IMG/VR virus record: IMGVR_UViG_2848005981_000005
Location: 994-64,993 of that record
Direction: 5' to 3' (one strand)
DNA: 64,000 bases
From: a virus
Lineage: Duplodnaviria; Caudoviricetes
The notes beneath the pieces are model-generated. The model saw only the letters and a list, made by a program, of their open reading frames with translations. It made no database searches and was not told the DNA's origin. How positions within the stretch are numbered: position 1 is the stretch's first letter; each line of letters starts with the position of its first letter. The position numbers were made by a program, and so were the translations under genes. Of this stretch, positions 47,797 through 57,954 are shown piece by piece.

Positions 47797-48954
47797 ATGC
47801 AGACTATACAGAAGAAGATAGAGGTCAACTACCGCCCTCTCCAGACCAGCGGCGGGATAGAGGTTGTCGGCAGCGTACCGGACGTGCAGGTGTACCAGGC
47901 TGACAAGGCCGAGTACACTCCGGACTACACGCTTACCCCCCTGACGCTGTTCCCCCGGTGCAATGCCACCGACCCGGATGCGGTGACCAAAGTGGGCGCG
48001 GTCAACGCGTCATTGGTCAACATGAAGTGGTACGAGCGCTTGAACGGTGTGCGGACATTGATTACATCTGCCAACAAGAGCTATGTCATTACCGAGACCG
48101 GAGCCGAGAAGGGTAAGATACAAGTGAAAAAGAATACCGTTCCCGGCAGTCCGGTAACACTGGAGTTCTACGCCGAGTATGTCGATGCGAAGCGTACCGG
48201 ACAGACGCACGTCTACCGTTTCAGCCGTCTTGTTCGCGCCGTAGATGGCAGCGAAGCACAGCCTAAGCTGGTGATTGATTCTCCTTCTTCTTTGGATTGG
48301 AATCCTTGCCGTGATATATCAAAACATATCATTACCGCCAAGCTGCTTGTCGGCGATGTAGATGTCACAGCAACCAACAAGTGCAAGTTCTTCTTCTATC
48401 GGAAGCTGAATACGGGCGCACTGGAGCAGATTACCGACGGTAACGGCGACAATGACTGGGAGTTCGTATCACTGACAAAGAACGTGCTTACCATAGACCG
48501 GGACTATATCGGCCACGAACAGACCTACGTTGTGAAAGCATCGTACTCGAAGGACGGTGCTCCTTCATCCAAGCCGGACAGTGACATAGACTATGTCTCC
48601 ACCACCATCCGCAGGCGTATTCCCAGCATCGAGATTGACTGGGAGGGATTTCCGCAGCAGGTGGCAGACGGAACCAAGATGATATACCCGAAACCGGTCA
48701 TCCGTGATACGGCAGGGATTGTCCCCAATCCCCAGGCCATCCTTGAGTGCGAATGGTACACGAAGGCGGCCGGCGCCTCCTCATACGTGCTGGCCGCTGC
48801 CGGGTACTCGCCCTCCATCCCATGCACCGACGGCATGATGCTACAGCTGAAGGTGATTGACAAGGGCCCGTATGCGGCGGTGGTGACATCTGACGGCAAG
48901 TACGTGACGGATGACAGCGGTAAGTTTATAGTGGCAAGGAAAAGGGATGTTTAA
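47797..48954 (+). CDS. Tail/baseplate structural protein
   Basis: Beta-rich, Ig-like composition, in the tail module. Confidence 0.65.
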   Translation: MQTIQKKIEVNYRPLQTSGGIEVVGSVPDVQVYQADKAEYTPDYTLTPLTLFPRCNATDPDAVTKVGAVNASLVNMKWYERLNGVRTLITSANKSYVITETGAEKGKIQVKKNTVPGSPVTLEFYAEYVDAKRTGQTHVYRFSRLVRAVDGSEAQPKLVIDSPSSLDWNPCRDISKHIITAKLLVGDVDVTATNKCKFFFYRKLNTGALEQITDGNGDNDWEFVSLTKNVLTIDRDYIGHEQTYVVKASYSKDGAPSSKPDSDIDYVSTTIRRRIPSIEIDWEGFPQQVADGTKMIYPKPVIRDTAGIVPNPQAILECEWYTKAAGASSYVLAAAGYSPSIPCTDGMMLQLKVIDKGPYAAVVTSDGKYVTDDSGKFIVARKRDV

Positions 48955-48972
48955 TTTCTAATAATTTGTGAT

Positions 48973-49257
48973 ATGGCATTTTATATCAAGGTTACAAAGC
49001 AAGTTGCGGACAAGCTGGGAGTGGCGGGAATCCGCAACAGCACTGCCGACGGCAATGTGCTGTTATGGCAGGCCGATGTGGCAGGCTTTCCCGGCGATAC
49101 GGTATTCGACCGGGCGGCAGTAGTCGGGGGCGTGTGCCTTTCCCCGCAGCAGGCCAAGGGTGAGATAGACGGCGTGGAAGATCCGGTGGAGGTCGCCACT
49201 CCGGAGGGTTTCATGGATAAAGACGGGGAGGAGGTGACCGATGAGCGTAGCGAGTAA
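48973..49257 (+). CDS. Hypothetical tail-region protein
   Basis: Coupled ORF in the tail module. Confidence 0.6.
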   Translation: MAFYIKVTKQVADKLGVAGIRNSTADGNVLLWQADVAGFPGDTVFDRAAVVGGVCLSPQQAKGEIDGVEDPVEVATPEGFMDKDGEEVTDERSE

Positions 49258-50293
49258 GGTCGGGCAGGTAATCTTTTCGCAAAAGTCTGGCGTTTACATG
49301 CCAGCGATTATGTGCGACAAAGGCGACCTCTATCAAGAGTATGATGGTGAATCGGGGGCTCCGACAAACATAGCCCCCGACTTCACCACGATGAAGCCGA
49401 CGCTCTCCTTCCTTCTCACCTCCTCACGGGTGGCTGAGGGGATTGTGGTGCCCTCAGCCATCAGGTGGTATTTCAATGACGTCGAGATCAAGTTCTCGGG
49501 TAACGTCTCCACAAACACGTTCGGCGGCGAGACGGGGCATTTCAAGTTCATTCCATATAAAGCAGGCACTACAAACTATTACGGGCTTCAGATCGTGAAG
49601 AACCTGGTGAAGGCGTCATCCGGTGCGAGCTGCAGCGTCAAGGCGGTGGCTACGGTGACCGTGGGCAACGTGTCGGATGAGGTGCAGTTCGTCTACAGCA
49701 TCCCTATCACCAAGGGTGTGGGCAACCAGAACGTGGTGACCATCGTTTCCGGAGATGACAAATACTTTGCCATCCGTGAGAAGGGAGGCAGTGTCGTTCT
49801 CACGGCGATGGCGCGGCGTGGAGCGTCAGAGATCACCTCCGGACTGACCTACAAGTGGTCCAGGATGGTTAACGGTACCTGGCAGACACTCGTCGACCAG
49901 ACTGGCAAGAGTCTGACCGTCACGGACAGCCTGGTTGACACTACGGGCATCTTCAAGGTGGAGGTGTCGCAGGGCGGCAATCTGATAGGCCTTGACACGC
50001 AGACGGTGATGGACTTGTCAGACCCCTACGACATCATAACTAATCCCAATCCCGAGGATGAGACGATTGTTTCCGGTTCCGGAGGTTCGGTGACTTATAC
50101 GCCTATCCTTGTCAAGCGGGGACAGACCACGAAGGCAATGAATATGCTGTTCTATTTTGTCTTTATGGATTCGGCAGGGGTCATTCTCAATCCGGCTACG
50201 GCGAATGTGGCGGCGGCAAGCGGTACCTGCACCGAAGCGATGTGCCAGCAGGCAGGCGGCAATGTTTCATGGACATTCTCAACGGCAGCATGA
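49241..50293 (+). CDS. Tail structural protein with Ig-like domains
   Basis: LTYKW...GKSLTV Ig-like motifs. Confidence 0.65.
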   Translation: MSVASKVGQVIFSQKSGVYMPAIMCDKGDLYQEYDGESGAPTNIAPDFTTMKPTLSFLLTSSRVAEGIVVPSAIRWYFNDVEIKFSGNVSTNTFGGETGHFKFIPYKAGTTNYYGLQIVKNLVKASSGASCSVKAVATVTVGNVSDEVQFVYSIPITKGVGNQNVVTIVSGDDKYFAIREKGGSVVLTAMARRGASEITSGLTYKWSRMVNGTWQTLVDQTGKSLTVTDSLVDTTGIFKVEVSQGGNLIGLDTQTVMDLSDPYDIITNPNPEDETIVSGSGGSVTYTPILVKRGQTTKAMNMLFYFVFMDSAGVILNPATANVAAASGTCTEAMCQQAGGNVSWTFSTAA

Positions 50294-50294
50294 T

Positions 50295-51197
50295 ATGGTA
50301 AAGAAAGCGTTGGCAAGCAAGACGGGAGAAGTGAAGTATCTCCAGCAGGGACCGGTCGGCCCGCTGGTCTATCCGACCGGGGAGTACGCGGCATCCGTAT
50401 CCTATACCCGTACCCCACTGTCCGCACCCATGGTGCTGTGTGAGGGGCAGTATTACGTATTGAACAAGGAGGGCACTTTTAAGAATATTAATCCGAAAAA
50501 GGACTATGCGGCCAACGGCAGCAAGGCCACCTGGGTGCTGATGGACAAGGTCAGGTATTCGTTCGTCGAGATTCTGATGGCGAACTTCGCAAAACTGGCG
50601 AGCGCCGTATTCTACGGGCAGTACATGTTCTCCCAGTACGGGGTGAGAGCGGACGGTTCGGCCGTGGAGACGGAGGGCGGGTACAAGGACTTCAATTACA
50701 GTGATCCGATGAATCCGGCGAACGGGTTCAGGCCGAACCTGCTGATTGACTTCTTGAGGGGGATCTTTTATGGAAGAAATGTCGAGGTTGACGGCGGCGT
50801 GTTCAGAAACATCAGGTCCCCCAACGGTGCATTCCGAATAGAGGATAACGGTGACATTAAGATTATCGGCAAGTTCTCCACTTCACTGAATGGAACGAGA
50901 ATCGAGTTGGATCCGGATACCAACTCCATCAGGATGTACAACCAGAACAATAGTGTTATCGGTGAAATCAAGTTTATGGAAGAGCAATGGAATGGAAACA
51001 TCAATTACCTTCCTATGGTCAGATTGAGGAACTACCATAACAGTGAGGAATTTGGCGATACTATTCTGCGAGCAGGCTCGATTATGATTAATGACTCGTC
51101 GTTGGGAAATGATGTATACAGTGCTCTCATAAATCCATCCATCGGGTTGGCGTTTTCCAAGAATGGGGTGGAAACGAAACGCTATTCGAACAGTTGA
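50295..51197 (+). CDS. Tail fiber / receptor-binding-like protein
   Basis: Last large tail gene before the shufflon. Confidence 0.6.
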   Translation: MVKKALASKTGEVKYLQQGPVGPLVYPTGEYAASVSYTRTPLSAPMVLCEGQYYVLNKEGTFKNINPKKDYAANGSKATWVLMDKVRYSFVEILMANFAKLASAVFYGQYMFSQYGVRADGSAVETEGGYKDFNYSDPMNPANGFRPNLLIDFLRGIFYGRNVEVDGGVFRNIRSPNGAFRIEDNGDIKIIGKFSTSLNGTRIELDPDTNSIRMYNQNNSVIGEIKFMEEQWNGNINYLPMVRLRNYHNSEEFGDTILRAGSIMINDSSLGNDVYSALINPSIGLAFSKNGVETKRYSNS

Positions 51198-51296
51198 CAA
51201 AATAAGATAATTATTAACAAAACGAGAATAAAAACAAAATGTTAAACTGGTTGTCGTTTTTATCCGAAAATGACGACCCTCAAAAGTACAAGGGAT

Positions 51297-51819
51297 ATGA
51301 TAGAGAAAGTTAACATAACAGATTCCAATGTAGTTGAGTTAATCAGAGGGAAACTACCCATTGCAACAGAGGTAAAAAAACGGTCTGAAACCTTCCAGGG
51401 ACATGCGACAAGAAAAGCGGGTATCCATGACATCCTCCATATTGTTGTTTGAGAGAAAGGACACATCTTCTTTCTCCGATGGAATTCTATTTAGTGTACA
51501 GTCATACGGAGGAGGACCGGTTGCCCTATATTTCCTTTCAATATATAGGTCTGAAGGGGTAACAGCAGCTCCTTCATACAAATTAAATCTGATAGGCGGT
51601 GTTTTGGGAACGGAAAATGCAAGGCCGAAATTCAAGCTCTATAATACCGATACTGGAGCATTCAAGGTATTTCTTGAGCGTAGGGATTACACGCCCGGAG
51701 TATATGCGAAACTATTGTCTTCCTACCATCCGACAACATTTGAATTCATATTGGAAGCGGCTGACGAGAGTGAGGTGACTGCTGCGAGCTACATGGAGGA
51801 GTCTAAGGTGGGGGAATAA
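51297..51819 (+). pseudogene. Shufflon cassette 1, frameshifted at A7 (51374-51380)
   Basis: MIEKVNITDSNVVELIRGKLPIATEVK joins ORF 51403-51819 if one A is removed. Confidence 0.7.
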
Positions 51820-51935
51820 TTCCCCCCACTGTAGCATTTATTTCCGTTTCTTGTCTTTGTCGCCATTGACGGATGTTTAGTTTGTGAGAAACAGATTATC
51901 CGTTCCGGCCATCTCGGATAAAACGGGTAGGTCTG

Positions 51936-52340
51936 TTACGTTGATATGTCTGTTAACGATATATATTTCCACTCTGACCAATCATCTTTCCCGTTGACAG
52001 TGACACACTTTCTTACAAGGATAAAGTTTTTCCTTGCAGGAAAATCAATATGTATTGTATATTCATTTACATACAAGACTAAGAGCACACCATGCGCGCC
52101 ATAGAAAGTCCCCGTACCGATTATGGGGTCCCCATGCATATACACACCAGGTTGCTTGAGGTTATCTATAACTTCTTGACTGTTATATATAAAGGAGCCT
52201 CTTGCACATAATATGTCACTCAAAAAAGATTCCACCGTTTCTAAAATGCCCTCTCCCTGGGTATTCAGCCCGCGTATCTGAGCAATTATTCCGTTAGGCA
52301 AACCTCTCTCCACTTCTGACAACTTAATCTTTTCCATCAT
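51936..52340 (-). CDS. Shufflon cassette 2 (pyocin-knob-like C-terminal domain)
   Basis: DNLKQPGVY, GVLLV, DWSEWK; follows crossover site 2. Confidence 0.75.
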   Translation of the reverse strand: MMEKIKLSEVERGLPNGIIAQIRGLNTQGEGILETVESFLSDILCARGSFIYNSQEVIDNLKQPGVYMHGDPIIGTGTFYGAHGVLLVLYVNEYTIHIDFPARKNFILVRKCVTVNGKDDWSEWKYISLTDIST

Positions 52341-52399
52341 ACCTTTGTACTTTTGAGGGTCAAAGGATAGGGTAGGAAAATGGATACTCCAAAAGTCTC

Positions 52400-52738
52400 T
52401 TATGTTATGGTATTATTTATTAACGTCCAATCTTTCAAAACCTCTCCATTGCTACGAATGGTTTTAATATATATTTTTGCAGAGTTAGTAATATATAAAT
52501 GGGCTGTGTATTGAAACCTCTTAGCGCTAATAAAATTCCAGTGCCATATTATTTAAATTATCAGTAGATGAATATACACCAGCACTGATTTTACTATCGT
52601 ATTCTTCATTTAATATATTCTTACCTTGTTCAAATCCATTAGCTTGCATAAGTCCTTGTTTGCTTCTGTTGCAGCAGGCAGTTTTTCTCTAATTAACTCA
52701 ACCACATTGGCATCTGTTATATTAACCTTTTCTATCAT
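52400..52738 (-). pseudogene. Shufflon cassette 3, multiply frameshifted (3' end approximate)
   Basis: MIEKVNITDANVVELIREKLPAATEAN, homologous to cassette 1; continues in shifted frames (GLMQANG...SAGVYS). Confidence 0.6.
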
Positions 52739-52814
52739 ACCTTTGTACTTTTGAGGGTCATTAGAATACCCTTTTTGGTTAGGCTGTTGAATAAGACTAC
52801 CTTCACGGCTAAAA

Positions 52815-53408
52815 ATGGTTTACGCATACATTAGGGTTAGCACTGACAAACAAACAGTCGAGAACCAAAGGTTCGAAGTCCAGAAATTTGCAACGGAAAA
52901 AGGACTTGTAATAGATAAATGGGTGTCCGAGAAGGTTTCCGGTACCAAAATTGCTAATGATAGGAAATTAGGTCCACTTCTCAAGAGGATGAAGAAAGGC
53001 GACACTCTAATCATAACAGAAATCAGCCGATTAGGAAGAAACCTGATGGGTATTATGTCAATGCTTCACCTCTGTATGATTAAGGAAACTTGTGTTCTTA
53101 CTGTCAAGGAGCGTTACGAATTAGGTAATAACATCAACAGTAAGGTATTGGCATTCGCTTTCGGTTTATCCGCTGAAATTGAACGTGACCTTATCAGTCA
53201 GCGAACCAAGGAGGCCCTTGCTTACAGAAAAGCTGCAGGAATACGACTTGGTCGAAAAAAGGGGGATAAAAACACGCATTACAAGCTGACTGGAAAGGAA
53301 AATCTTATCCGAACTATGCTCGAATATGGTTATAGTAAAGCCGTTATTTGCCGGAAGTTGAAGTGCAATCCTAAAACATTGGATGAACATTTAAAAAGGA
53401 TGCAATAA
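52815..53408 (+). CDS. Serine recombinase (DNA invertase)
   Basis: YIRVSTDKQ, SRLGR, AEIERDLISQRTKEAL and a C-terminal HTH. Confidence 0.95.
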   Translation: MVYAYIRVSTDKQTVENQRFEVQKFATEKGLVIDKWVSEKVSGTKIANDRKLGPLLKRMKKGDTLIITEISRLGRNLMGIMSMLHLCMIKETCVLTVKERYELGNNINSKVLAFAFGLSAEIERDLISQRTKEALAYRKAAGIRLGRKKGDKNTHYKLTGKENLIRTMLEYGYSKAVICRKLKCNPKTLDEHLKRMQ

Positions 53409-53667
53409 GTAATCGGATTTCAAATATAAATTCCTATATTTGCTTGTAGAAATGTATATAAATACCAAGAGCTTAGTGGCGACTTATGTTGTCATCGAGC
53501 TCTTTTTTTATGTCCTTTTTCAAGGTTGTGGAAGCAATTACTTTTGCTGTCACGGAATGTCAGTGGAAAATTGTAATTCAACAACTTGTTTGATTTCGTC
53601 TGATGTACATTTGTGCGGTGTCGGACAAAGAAATGGTTATTAGTAGATTATTAAATGAATTGGTGAA

Positions 53668-54009
53668 ATGGATATGAATGATTGGGTTATGTTGATGACC
53701 GCCCTCGGTGGCATCGAGGGCATCAAGCAGCTTATCAAGTGGTGGATGTCGCGCAAAACCAATGCACGTATTGAGGACGCTCATGCTGATGTCGAGGAGT
53801 TCAAGGCATTACGGGAGTACAACGAGTTCCTGCAGAAGCAACTTTCGGAGAAGGAACAGCGGTTTGTGGAACAGACTGACCGGCTCCGTAAGGTGCAGGA
53901 TGAACTGTTTACACTGAAGGAGACTAATTCTGACCTGAAACTGGAACTGGCGCTTAAACGGTGTGAGAGAAAGAAATGCGGTGATAGAGAACCGCAAAAC
54001 GGCTACTGA
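53668..54009 (+). CDS. Putative holin
   Basis: N-terminal hydrophobic segment plus coiled coil, upstream of the endolysin. Confidence 0.6.
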   Translation: MDMNDWVMLMTALGGIEGIKQLIKWWMSRKTNARIEDAHADVEEFKALREYNEFLQKQLSEKEQRFVEQTDRLRKVQDELFTLKETNSDLKLELALKRCERKKCGDREPQNGY

Positions 54010-54139
54010 TTCGCGGAAAGGAAGGTGTTTCACAACGGCTTCCTTTCCCCTAATACTACACAACTTAAAGTTTAAACAAAGGCGTTTGCGAATATATTGT
54101 ATTTTTATGTAAAACCAAAAATCAAGGAGGAAAATAAGA

Positions 54140-54664
54140 ATGGCGAATGTGTATAAATTAGCGCCGTGGATTCTCAAATGGGAAGGCGGTTTTGTAAATG
54201 ACCCTGACGATTTGGGAGGGGCTACGAATATGGGTGTGACTATCGGCACGTGGAAATCATGCGGCTATGACAAGGACGGTGACGGTGATATAGACGTGGA
54301 TGACCTGCGTTTGCTTACCCGTGAGGATGTCGTTAACCGGGTGCTCAAGCCGCATTATTGGGACAGATGGAAAGCTGACGATATTAAATCGCAATCAGTT
54401 GCTAATATCCTTGTCGATTGGGTGTGGGCATCCGGTGCGCATGGGATAAAGATACCTCAACGCTTGCTTGGTGTTACTGTGGACGGAATAGTAGGTCCTA
54501 AGACACTTGCTGCGGTGAATGCCAGGAACCCGCGTGAGTTGTTCGACATGATTAAGCTTGCACGGTTCGACTTCATTGAGGATATATGCAGGAAACGTCC
54601 GGCTAACAATAAATTCAAGAGAGGCTGGATGAACCGTATAAATGACATTGCCTATGTTGGCTAA
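54140..54664 (+). CDS. Endolysin, GH108 family
   Basis: [33 protein letters not shown]. Confidence 0.94.
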   Translation: MANVYKLAPWILKWEGGFVNDPDDLGGATNMGVTIGTWKSCGYDKDGDGDIDVDDLRLLTREDVVNRVLKPHYWDRWKADDIKSQSVANILVDWVWASGAHGIKIPQRLLGVTVDGIVGPKTLAAVNARNPRELFDMIKLARFDFIEDICRKRPANNKFKRGWMNRINDIAYVG

Positions 54665-55184
54665 GGTTATGAACTGGGTAAGCCGGCATATATTGCTGGC
54701 TCCTTTCATGTGTCTGTTCCTATTGTTATCATGTGGCAGCTCTCATAAAACTGTCAAGTCCGATGCAGAAGTAATCAGAAAGGACAGCACGAGTGAATCG
54801 GTCGATATCGTACATGGGGCAAGTACCTCTTTGAGCGAACTCATTACCGCTAATGGTAACTATGTGATTGATTTCCGTATCTATGATACAAGAAAACCGC
54901 CCGACAGCCTGACCGGGAAATCTCCGTTATTGGCTGACGGTCATGTAGAAGGTGATTTCAATAAGAAGGAGGATAGACAGACGGTAGTAGCCGATACTAC
55001 GAGTGTCAAGGCTGATAAAAGAACCATTTCCAATACCCGTGAGGAAAAACGGTCAGAAACTATAAAAGAAAAAAAAGAATCCACCTTGCTTAAACAAATT
55101 GGTTTTGCTTGTGTTTGTGTAACCGTTTTGATTGTCGTTATGCTGATAGTAAAACATTGGCGCAACAGACAATCTTCATCATAA
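54654..55184 (+). CDS. Unimolecular spanin-like lipoprotein
   Basis: Lipobox LLSC plus a C-terminal TM, directly after the endolysin. Confidence 0.72.
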   Translation: MLAKVMNWVSRHILLAPFMCLFLLLSCGSSHKTVKSDAEVIRKDSTSESVDIVHGASTSLSELITANGNYVIDFRIYDTRKPPDSLTGKSPLLADGHVEGDFNKKEDRQTVVADTTSVKADKRTISNTREEKRSETIKEKKESTLLKQIGFACVCVTVLIVVMLIVKHWRNRQSSS

Positions 55185-55263
55185 GACTTTAAATTTATAA
55201 ATTGGACTGCTCTGGCTTGCGAAAGTCGGGGCAGTTTTATATGTTTACTGTACAATGCAGTAT

Positions 55264-56544
55264 TTATAAAATATCCTTGTATTTTTTCAAGGCATTGCTC
55301 TTCATTTCATTCTCCTCCTTGGTTAGGGCGAACCCCATATACTTGCAGGTATGGTCGTTACGCAGGATACATATACACATACGCTTATAGGTGGGAATTT
55401 CTCGGAACTCTTCTATGTCAATGTCATCCAGGTAGTCCATTCGTACTGGTTTCTTGTCTGTCCTATAGTTGGTGCTGTCACCTACCTGGATGGGGATATT
55501 GCGGTCTTTCAGCTTCTGTATGACTTCATCACTGAGAACTCCACCCTTTTCCTTCCAAAATTTGATACTGGTTTCCAGCTTGGCCTGGTATCTTCTCCTG
55601 GTATGTTCCGGCAGGGTCGAAAGCAGGAATTCTATGAATGACTTCCAGGTATATCCATCCGGCAGACGTATCGCTCTCCTTCCTGCCGCACGGGTATTGC
55701 CGTAAAGTCCGGCAAAGCCGACTCCGTTTACACGTCCTATCATCCGTCCCCAAGTATTGGGGTCAATGACTTTATACAAGGCAAGGCTCTCAATGGCCTC
55801 ACTGATGAATGGACTTGCCACCCGTTGCCGGTCAAGGCTTACCCCGGCTTGGTAGTAGAGGTCGTATAGTTTATTGTAATCCCATCGGAATTTGCCGTTG
55901 GCAATCCATATATCCTCCGTTTTCCAGTCGAACAGTGGGTATAGGTTATACACACCCTCACCGATTTTCGTGCTCCATTGGTAATCCTTATATTGCTCTT
56001 TCACACCTCGATAGATTGTGCGCCAACGGTTGTAGCTTTCTTGGGTACGTATGCCCACCAGACAGCAGGTACGCCGTGCAGCTTTCCGTTGATGGAGCCA
56101 ACGGGAAAACTCTGTCTGAAATTCATAGTCCCACATCCTGCGGTTATAGAAAGGGAAATCGTCTACAGTCATTGCGTCCTCCGGCATTTCTCTGACCCAT
56201 GCTTCCTTTTTTGCTTCGTCCCAGGGACGCCAGTAGTTCTGGTACATGGAGGTACAGGTCGTTACACGGAAAGGCACGCAGACACGGTACACGTCCAGCA
56301 TGTCCTTGTTTGCCTTCAATACCCGGTCCACATAGTCAATGGTCATACTGTACTGTATCTCATAGTCCATGTGGAACACTCCAATCCTGCGCTTCAGCCG
56401 GTTCCTACGCATATAGTCCAGACATAGGTTCAGCAACACTCCGCTATCCTTTCCACCTGAAAAGGAAATGTATATATTGTCGAACTCTTTAAAAATCATG
56501 TTCAGTCTTTCCTGGATTAATTCATATACATTCTTTGGGCTCAT
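55264..56544 (-). CDS. IbrA-like PAPS-reductase-family protein (DUF3440)
   Basis: SFSGGKDSG, GIRTQESYNRW, YPLFDW, ILRNDHTCK. Confidence 0.88.
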   Translation of the reverse strand: MSPKNVYELIQERLNMIFKEFDNIYISFSGGKDSGVLLNLCLDYMRRNRLKRRIGVFHMDYEIQYSMTIDYVDRVLKANKDMLDVYRVCVPFRVTTCTSMYQNYWRPWDEAKKEAWVREMPEDAMTVDDFPFYNRRMWDYEFQTEFSRWLHQRKAARRTCCLVGIRTQESYNRWRTIYRGVKEQYKDYQWSTKIGEGVYNLYPLFDWKTEDIWIANGKFRWDYNKLYDLYYQAGVSLDRQRVASPFISEAIESLALYKVIDPNTWGRMIGRVNGVGFAGLYGNTRAAGRRAIRLPDGYTWKSFIEFLLSTLPEHTRRRYQAKLETSIKFWKEKGGVLSDEVIQKLKDRNIPIQVGDSTNYRTDKKPVRMDYLDDIDIEEFREIPTYKRMCICILRNDHTCKYMGFALTKEENEMKSNALKKYKDIL

Positions 56545-56686
56545 ATGGTGTAAAAAGTTATAAGTAGTGACAAAATTAATGCAAAGCCTCAATATTTCCT
56601 ATAACTTCGGCTTCTATATCATTTGTAATTGCCTTCAATTATCTATATTTGTGCAGGCTAATTCATAAAAAACATAAATAGTAATT

Positions 56687-56929
56687 ATGGCAGAAGAAAG
56701 TAAATATTCCTATGACGAGGAATCCGTCAAGACAATAATCGAATGGGCACAAACAACCCAGTTACCCAAGGAGGTGACATTAAGTGAGGCAGAACATATT
56801 TTTGATACCTCCATGTATGTTAATGCGAATATCTGCGATATAAAGCAGCACTATCCGGATGCTTTCTATAATCCGGCCATTGATAGATTGTATCGGTTGA
56901 AGGAAGTAATAGAAGGGGCGGTTGAATAA
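56687..56929 (+). CDS. Hypothetical protein
   Basis: TATATTTG promoter upstream. Confidence 0.7.
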   Translation: MAEESKYSYDEESVKTIIEWAQTTQLPKEVTLSEAEHIFDTSMYVNANICDIKQHYPDAFYNPAIDRLYRLKEVIEGAVE

Positions 56930-57130
56930 GCTGCCTTTATATTCATAGGCAACAATTCATATCTATTGTGTGTGACATGTCCCGGCTTTCGTCGGGATTT
57001 TTTTTCATTTGGGCTCTTTCTTTTATAAAATTCTCTCAAATCACGTAGGGAATTTCAGAAAAGCAGTTGTCTTTATAGCAGTTGAATATATTTTTTTAAT
57101 TTTGGTATCAGCCATAATATTTAGACTGAA

Positions 57131-57832
57131 ATGAAAAAAATTGCTTTTATCTTCTGTTTATGTCTGTCGGTCATTCACCTTTTTGCCAGTGAACGAGAGG
57201 AAGATTTTAGAACTAATAAAAATGTTTTGTCTCTATCCGGTTCTCTATTTGTATATGGCTCTGATCCTGCTTTAGGGCTTGAGGTATCATATATCCGTTA
57301 CATTGGGAAATATATTGGCGTTATGACCGGTCTTGCTTTTCAAAACTGGATGGACAATGATTATAAGCCTAATATAGAGGTGAGTGACAGCAAAGGCCAG
57401 AAGTATACACGCTATGATGACGGTAAACTACTGCGGGGGAACTGGTTGATAGGTCCCAGTTTTAGGACTCCTTCAGTGGGCTTGGGGCGTGAAAGGGATT
57501 ATCTGCTTTTTCTTCAATGTGAGCCGGCATTGATTCTAACATTACCCAACGAGGCTTTTTCATATGCACATTATACTGAAGAAGGTAGAAAGATAAAGGG
57601 AGAGTTTAGGTCAGTTCGCAATAAGGGAGGAGATGTTGCCTTTTGGCGTGTTAAAAGCGCCCTTTCTTTAGGAATTGACCAATTGGCTTTTTCCTTGGGC
57701 TATACGATTTCCAATCAGGACCCTTATTCAGGTCGAAGAAATGTATGTTTCGACGGACACAAGATTAGTCCTTCACGACGTACATATAAATTTCTTCACG
57801 AATTTTCAGTATCTCTCAGCTATAGTTTTTGA
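57131..57832 (+). CDS. Outer-membrane beta-barrel protein (moron)
   Basis: Signal peptide, amphipathic strands and terminal SLSYSF. Confidence 0.78.
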   Translation: MKKIAFIFCLCLSVIHLFASEREEDFRTNKNVLSLSGSLFVYGSDPALGLEVSYIRYIGKYIGVMTGLAFQNWMDNDYKPNIEVSDSKGQKYTRYDDGKLLRGNWLIGPSFRTPSVGLGRERDYLLFLQCEPALILTLPNEAFSYAHYTEEGRKIKGEFRSVRNKGGDVAFWRVKSALSLGIDQLAFSLGYTISNQDPYSGRRNVCFDGHKISPSRRTYKFLHEFSVSLSYSF

Positions 57833-57954
57833 ATACTAACACAAAGAAGAGGCTGCTGAATAAGCTGCTCCTCTTTCAGTAAAAATCCCCGTAGCGGCTC
57901 AACTACGGGGATGGTGTCAAATAACAGAGTATCAATATGAGATACTAAGTGAGC

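Larger units (their letters stand above)
51275..52759. repeat. Shufflon crossover sites GACCCTCAAAAGTACAA (51275-51291 +; 52345-52361 -; 52743-52759 -)
   Basis: Three identical 17-mers, each a few nt before a cassette ATG, beside a serine recombinase. Confidence 0.88.

Noticed and set aside
50295-53408. Diversity-generating retroelement at the tail fiber
   Set aside because: No reverse transcriptase or TR/VR pair is visible, and the repeats are explained by the invertase shufflon.
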